From the NCBI GenBank assembly GCA_051745285.1, contig JBNJDX010000006.1, positions 26 through 64,025 of the forward strand: a stretch of 64,000 bases of DNA, read 5' to 3'. Within the stretch, counting starts at the first letter, position 1. The number at the start of each line of letters is the position of its first letter. The DNA comes from Spirochaetota bacterium (GTDB lineage: Bacteria > Spirochaetota > Spirochaetia > CAKZLE01). A program made the position numbers and the translations under genes. Shown here one piece after another: positions 59,627 through 64,000 of this stretch. The notes beneath the pieces are model-generated. The model searched no databases. It was not told the DNA's origin and was given only the letters and a program-made list of their open reading frames with translations.

Positions 59627-60387
59627 CCTATGGTTATCGACGTTGACAAACTAATGGCCCTTCCGGAAGCATCAAACAGGTCAAGTGCTGCGAGCTTTGC
59701 CCCAAGCGAAATATTGGGGGACAGCTTTATCGGGAGAAGACGGAGTCCAATATTGACCAATCCTCTCTCCTCGGCCTTACCGCCGCTCGGATTACTGCTG
59801 TAAGAAACATTACCGAAATCCAGTAAAAAATCGATTCCCCTTCCTAACACTTCACTGAAAAACGGGGTTTCAAACCCTACTGCAAAATTGATATCGCTCG
59901 TCCATTCCCAATCAAAGGTATACCCCAAAAGCAGTGTTGTAGTCGCCGGGAAGTCAATGAAACGTCCTTGGAAGGTAGTAACAAAATAGCCATGGGCGGC
60001 AACATCATATTGCTGCGGCATACCTGTTATATAAGTCTCCAGTCCGGCAGCAAAAGCGCTCTGCTCACGTTGGAGAAATCTCCAGGACCCTCCAAGCAAC
60101 AGATCAAAACTCTCATTGATAATTTCAGTCGCTCCATGGAGCTCAAGCCCATTTGTGAACCCAAGCCGCAAAAAAGGGATATGTGCAAAACCACTACGTG
60201 AGTAGAGCACTGAATAGCCGCTCGTCACTAGGGTGGTTCCCGCATCGTCAATTCTCGCACTTGGAAGTATTATGACACCAGTGGCACCACTGAGTGATGC
60301 CTTCCCCGCATTCCAGTTCTCATCTTCTGCAGCAAGCTGAACGGCTGCAGTCAACAGTATCAGGAATAGAATACCCATACGCCTCAT
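59620..60387 (-). CDS. Exported beta-rich protein (possible outer-membrane beta-barrel), function unknown
   Basis: ATG 60387 behind GGGGGAGA; 255 aa. Signal peptide MRRMGILFLILLTAAVQLAAE. Alternating hydrophobic pattern throughout. Confidence 0.5.
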   Translation of the reverse strand: MRRMGILFLILLTAAVQLAAEDENWNAGKASLSGATGVIILPSARIDDAGTTLVTSGYSVLYSRSGFAHIPFLRLGFTNGLELHGATEIINESFDLLLGGSWRFLQREQSAFAAGLETYITGMPQQYDVAAHGYFVTTFQGRFIDFPATTTLLLGYTFDWEWTSDINFAVGFETPFFSEVLGRGIDFLLDFGNVSYSSNPSGGKAEERGLVNIGLRLLPIKLSPNISLGAKLAALDLFDASGRAISLSTSITIGQ

Positions 60388-60486
60388 CTTATTTCTCCCC
60401 CTTGAATTAATCACTGATCTCCCACAACTATAGTATAACAAATCGAAACCTTCCGATAGCCAATGACTATGCCCTGACAGTTTGAT

Positions 60487-60514
60487 TTGACTTTTTCGTA
60501 TTTATTAGTATTTT
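60487..60514 (+). promoter_or_regulatory. Putative promoter for trxA
   Basis: TTGACT (60487-60492), a 16-nt spacer, then TATTTT (60509-60514). It lies 50 nt upstream of ATG 60565. Confidence 0.3.
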
Positions 60515-60564
60515 AGTCATAAATGCAGAACACATACATAACAACATAATTACGGGAGTAAAAC

Positions 60565-60918
60565 ATGGAACATTTAACACTAGAAACATTCAAAGAGAAG
60601 ATTTTTGACTGGGAAGAGAGCAAAGAGTGGAACTTTAAGGGCGAAAAACCCTGCATCATAGATTTCTATGCTGACTGGTGCGGGCCGTGCAAGATGGTAG
60701 CCCCGGTACTTGAGCAGCTTTCTGAGGAATACGCAGACAAACTTGATATCTACAAAGTCGATACCGAAGATCAGCAGCAGCTTGCTGGAATGTTCAACAT
60801 TCAGAGCATTCCTACCGTACTGTTTGTACCGAAAGAGGGACAGCCCCAGGCTGCCATGGGCGCTTTGCCAAAACAGAGTTTTGAGCAGGCAATTTCTGAT
60901 GTTCTGGGCGTGTCGTAG
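60565..60918 (+). CDS. trxA: Thioredoxin
   Basis: 117 aa with active site WCGPCK. Confidence 0.92.
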   Translation: MEHLTLETFKEKIFDWEESKEWNFKGEKPCIIDFYADWCGPCKMVAPVLEQLSEEYADKLDIYKVDTEDQQQLAGMFNIQSIPTVLFVPKEGQPQAAMGALPKQSFEQAISDVLGVS

Positions 60919-60923
60919 CGTCT

Positions 60924-61271
60924 CTAAGAATCCCCTTCTTTGGGGACCATACAGATAAACACGAATTCTGTCGCGCCAGTGTTACGAAACTGGTGTGTGG
61001 CACCGCCTGGCACCAGGGCTGTTGAGCCCGGTTTCAGGCGGTGTTCGTTTTCATCTACGTGCAATAGGCCTTCTCCCTCCACCACGTAAATGATATGAGG
61101 CCAGTTATGATCGTGGAGAGGGGTGAATCCCCCTTCCCCCAGGGTGAACATACGCATAACATAGTCATCCCATCCCTGCTGAGGACCTACCAGAACCTGT
61201 TTTTCAACATTTTTGGCAGTCGAAATATCGATGCGCCGTTTTGTAATATCATCTCTGTGTGAAACATACAT
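60924..61271 (-). CDS. Cupin domain protein
   Basis: ATG 61271 six nt after GGAGGG gives 115 aa. Cupin motifs GGFTPLHDHNWPH and PGGATHQFRN. The track ORF (to 61382) lacks an RBS. Confidence 0.75.
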   Translation of the reverse strand: MYVSHRDDITKRRIDISTAKNVEKQVLVGPQQGWDDYVMRMFTLGEGGFTPLHDHNWPHIIYVVEGEGLLHVDENEHRLKPGSTALVPGGATHQFRNTGATEFVFICMVPKEGDS

Positions 61272-61404
61272 ATCATTCCCTCCAAGACCCGGCACCAGGT
61301 GCCGGATGATTCTCCTTACATCTGCCAGCATACCTGCCAGGGGTAGAAGAAGCAACTCTTTTCGGTTTTTCGGGGGTTTCATATCTTGACAGCCTGGTAC
61401 ACTT

Positions 61405-61443
61405 TGTTTATATATACTGATATAGTTTCAGTATATATAAACA
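61405..61443. promoter_or_regulatory. Perfect inverted repeat (likely operator) in the cupin / XRE-cupin divergent region
   Basis: The arm tgtttatatatactga (61405-61420) and the arm tcagtatatataaaca (61428-61443) are exact reverse complements, separated by 7 nt. The repeat overlaps a candidate promoter: TTGACA 61386-61391, 17 nt, TATATA 61409-61414. Confidence 0.6.
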
Positions 61444-61463
61444 GGAGTAGGGAAACGAATTCA

Positions 61464-62054
61464 ATGAGTGAAAAGCGACATACCGCCTACCGCTTTGGAG
61501 ATAAACTCAGACAGGTGCGGGAGCGGCAGAATTTTACCCTAAAAGCCCTCTCTGCCGTGGTAGGGGTCAGCAGCAGCCTGCTCTCCCAAATAGAAAACAA
61601 CCGCATTTCCCCGTCCCTTGATACCCTCATGTCAATTACCGAAGCCTTGGAAATCGATCCGGAGTACCTCTTTGAAGAGATAAAACAACCGAGGGAAGTT
61701 AGCATTGTCCGTAAGAACGAGCGAGACGGTGTCCGACTGCGGGATGTGTTGTATGAGCAGGTTTCACCTTCTGTGGATGCATCCGACACCCTTCCTTATG
61801 AGATTATCGAGCTGACTGTTCCACCGCAGGGAAGGAAAGGAAGCAGCGAGTTCGGACATCCGGGAAGGGAGACCGGACTGATTATGGAGGGCACTGCAAT
61901 TCTGCACTACGGAAGCAAGACCTACCAATTGCAGGCACATGACAGCGTCACGTTCGCCTCTCGGGTCCCCCATATACTGGAAAATGTTGGAGAGAACCAG
62001 CTCAAAGCAATCTGGGTCATCTCACCGCCAAGAATGTTCAGCAAAAACCGCTGA
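61464..62054 (+). CDS. XRE-family HTH regulator with C-terminal cupin sensor domain
   Basis: ATG 61464; 196 aa. HTH_3 segment LRQVRERQNFTLKALSAVVGVSSSLLSQIENNRISPSLDTLMSITEAL, then cupin motifs (GHPGRETGLIMEG ... FASRVPHILEN). Confidence 0.85.
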   Translation: MSEKRHTAYRFGDKLRQVRERQNFTLKALSAVVGVSSSLLSQIENNRISPSLDTLMSITEALEIDPEYLFEEIKQPREVSIVRKNERDGVRLRDVLYEQVSPSVDASDTLPYEIIELTVPPQGRKGSSEFGHPGRETGLIMEGTAILHYGSKTYQLQAHDSVTFASRVPHILENVGENQLKAIWVISPPRMFSKNR

Positions 62055-62079
62055 ACATACATACGCTTAGGGAGGAAAT

Positions 62080-63366
62080 ATGGGAAAAACAACTGCAGAG
62101 AAAATATTCGCCGCCCATCTGGTGGATAAACAGGGAGAAGAGATTAGTATCTTATCTCTTGATCGGGTCTTCTGCCACGAAATAACAACCCCAATTGCCA
62201 TCAATGATCTGGTAAGACGGGGAAAGGACCGTGTGTTCGACCCGGATAAGATCAAGGCTGTTATTGATCATGTCACACCGGCTAAGGACTCAAAAACTGC
62301 CGAACAGGGAAAGATCATGCGGGAGTGGGCACGCCGGCATGCCATAAAGGATTTTTTTGATATTGGTGCTAACGGTGTCTGCCATGCACTGTTCCCGGAA
62401 AAGGGCTTTGTTCGTCCCGGTTTCACGGTTATCATGGGCGACTCTCATACGTGCACCCACGGGGCCTTCGGCGCCTTTGCCGCTGGCGTAGGGACAACCG
62501 ACCTGGAAGTTGGCATTCTAAAAGGGGTCTGCAGCTTCAAACAACCTGAAACAATGAAGATTCATGTATCCGGACGTCTCAAACCGGGTGTATTCGCCAA
62601 AGATGTCATTCTCTCGGTGATTGCCAGTATCGGGGTCAACGGAGCGACTAACAAGGTTATTGAATTCACCGGTCCTGTAATCGACAGTTTCACCATGGAA
62701 GAGCGTATGACCTTAAGTAATATGGCTATAGAGGCCGGGGGAACAACTGGTATCTGCTATCCCGACATGACGACGGTGGACTACCTGTGGGAATTCATTC
62801 AGGAGGATTACCCCTCCAAAGAAGCCGCGCTAGAGGACTTTAGCCAATGGAGAGCCGATGAGAACGCCGAGTATACTCAGGTTCTGGATTTTGATGTGAG
62901 TACTATCGCACCGTCGGCAACCTATGGTTACAAGCCTGACCTGGTACGCCCGATCGCCGAGTTTGAGAAGACTCCGGTAGATCAGGTCTATATCGGAAGC
63001 TGCACGAATGGAAGAATTGAGGACTTACGGGAAGCAGCCAACATTCTTAAGGGACACAAAATTGCTGATGGGGTCCGCGGAATCCTTGCTCCAGCAACTC
63101 CAAAGGTCTATTCCGATGCTCTCAGCGAGGGAATTATTGAGATTTTTCTGCAGGCAGGCTTCTGTGTGACTAATCCGACCTGCGGTGCCTGTCTCGGGAT
63201 GAGTAGCGGAGTCCTTGCAAGCGGCGAGGTGTGCGCTTCTACAACAAACAGAAACTTCAACGGAAGAATGGGCAAAGGCGGTATGCTGCATCTCATGAGT
63301 CCAGCTTCGGCTGCCGCAACGGCCATTGCCGGACATCTTGCCCACTCTCCGGAATACAGGGGGTAA
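62080..63366 (+). CDS. leuC: Aconitase-family dehydratase large subunit, short type-2 form (3-isopropylmalate/homoaconitate/citramalate dehydratase LeuC-like)
   Basis: 428 aa. Motifs MGDSHTCTHG, GSCTNGRIEDL, CGACLG (Fe-S ligand cysteines). Confidence 0.85.
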   Translation: MGKTTAEKIFAAHLVDKQGEEISILSLDRVFCHEITTPIAINDLVRRGKDRVFDPDKIKAVIDHVTPAKDSKTAEQGKIMREWARRHAIKDFFDIGANGVCHALFPEKGFVRPGFTVIMGDSHTCTHGAFGAFAAGVGTTDLEVGILKGVCSFKQPETMKIHVSGRLKPGVFAKDVILSVIASIGVNGATNKVIEFTGPVIDSFTMEERMTLSNMAIEAGGTTGICYPDMTTVDYLWEFIQEDYPSKEAALEDFSQWRADENAEYTQVLDFDVSTIAPSATYGYKPDLVRPIAEFEKTPVDQVYIGSCTNGRIEDLREAANILKGHKIADGVRGILAPATPKVYSDALSEGIIEIFLQAGFCVTNPTCGACLGMSSGVLASGEVCASTTNRNFNGRMGKGGMLHLMSPASAAATAIAGHLAHSPEYRG

Positions 63367-63372
63367 TAACAG

Positions 63373-63909
63373 ATGGAACCAGAAAAAAAGTTCAGCGGCA
63401 GGGTGCTATTCCTTGATCGAGACGATATCAACACAGATGAGATCATTCCTGCTCGGTATCTCACCGAAATCACGAAAAGTGCTCTCGCCCCATATTTGCT
63501 TGAAGACTTGAAACTTGAAGGCTTTGATCCCAATAGAGATATTCCCAAAACCGATGTCATTGTTACACGGGCGAACTTTGGGTGTGGCTCTTCCAGGGAA
63601 CATGCCCCCTGGGCTCTCGAGGAGAACGAAATCTATCTCGTGATTGGGGAGAGCTTCGCCCGTATTTTTCGCCAGAATATGTTCAACTGCGGGATGATGG
63701 CAGTGGAACTTCCCCCTGAACGCATCCAGCAGCTGTTTGATACGTTTGCAGGAAAAGAGACCGTTGTTTCTACCGATATAGAGCGGCAAACGTTCACTTT
63801 CAGCAGTGATACAGCCGAATCGATAGAAATCAGTTTTTCTCTTTCCCAGTTTGATAAAACCCTTGTCAAATCAGGTGGCTGGGTAGAGTATGCTGATGAA
63901 ACCTATTAG
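63373..63909 (+). CDS. leuD: Aconitase-family dehydratase small subunit (LeuD-like)
   Basis: 178 aa. NFGCGSSREHA swivel-domain motif. Begins 6 nt after the large subunit. Confidence 0.85.
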   Translation: MEPEKKFSGRVLFLDRDDINTDEIIPARYLTEITKSALAPYLLEDLKLEGFDPNRDIPKTDVIVTRANFGCGSSREHAPWALEENEIYLVIGESFARIFRQNMFNCGMMAVELPPERIQQLFDTFAGKETVVSTDIERQTFTFSSDTAESIEISFSLSQFDKTLVKSGGWVEYADETY

Positions 63910-64000
63910 CCGTTAAACCGGTGTTCATTCGCTGATAAAACTACTATTTCCCTCTATACCGTATTGCTCTACTCCCGGTACAGCTGTACTATGCCAGTAG

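Noticed and set aside
62115-62125. DnaA-box-like sequence (gtggataaa), and the idea that the mnmE-mnmG-rsmG cluster marks a nearby replication origin
   Set aside because: It is a single imperfect box inside the leuC-like coding sequence. There is no cluster of boxes, AT-rich unwinding element, or dnaA/dnaN/rpmH/rnpA genes in the window.

Overview
This is a dense bacterial chromosomal segment, about 90% coding. GC is roughly 50% by spot counts, and I count about 55 protein genes. I found no rRNA, tRNA, CRISPR array, transposase or integrase. The taxon cannot be assigned without a database search; the many lipoproteins with relaxed lipoboxes and the carotenoid genes give me an unverified hunch of a free-living spirochete-like organism.

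Backbone: a long co-directional minus-strand run (2.7-34.1 kb) carries aspartate kinase, guaB-guaA, an ECF transporter module (fused EcfA-EcfA, EcfT, S component), plsC, an MsbA-like ABC exporter and a DEAD-box helicase. It continues with an EPS trio (manC-like, BY-tyrosine kinase, CpsB-type phosphatase), a class IV aminotransferase, ftsK, uppP and rsmG-mnmG-mnmE. The rest of the window holds:
- an inositol monophosphatase (IMPase)-family gene and nfo
- pepT, translationally coupled to three unknown lipoprotein genes
- two alpha/beta hydrolases and two atypical LuxR-type regulators
- an acyl-CoA ligase and a URO-D-family protein
- a crtI-crtB-cruF-like carotenoid operon, convergent with a VTE5-like/VTE6-like prenol kinase pair
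- a Sua5/TsaC fusion, mntP, an MFS transporter, trxA, and a cupin / XRE-cupin / leuCD-like cluster

The most system-like unexplained element is an overlapping two-gene module at 17.3-19.2 kb. It pairs an AAA_21/ABC-type ATPase with an RloB/Toprim-like protein, the architecture of AbiL / RloAB / PARIS-type defence. It sits alone inside the housekeeping string, and both partners appear to have substituted catalytic motifs.

Other leads are the pepT-coupled three-lipoprotein operon (35.9-40.0 kb) and a low-GC islet (about 52.0-55.6 kb). The islet holds an orphan 631-aa lipoprotein, a small secreted protein, a decayed membrane ORF and a G9 tract. All family assignments come from motif reading by eye; no searches were run.
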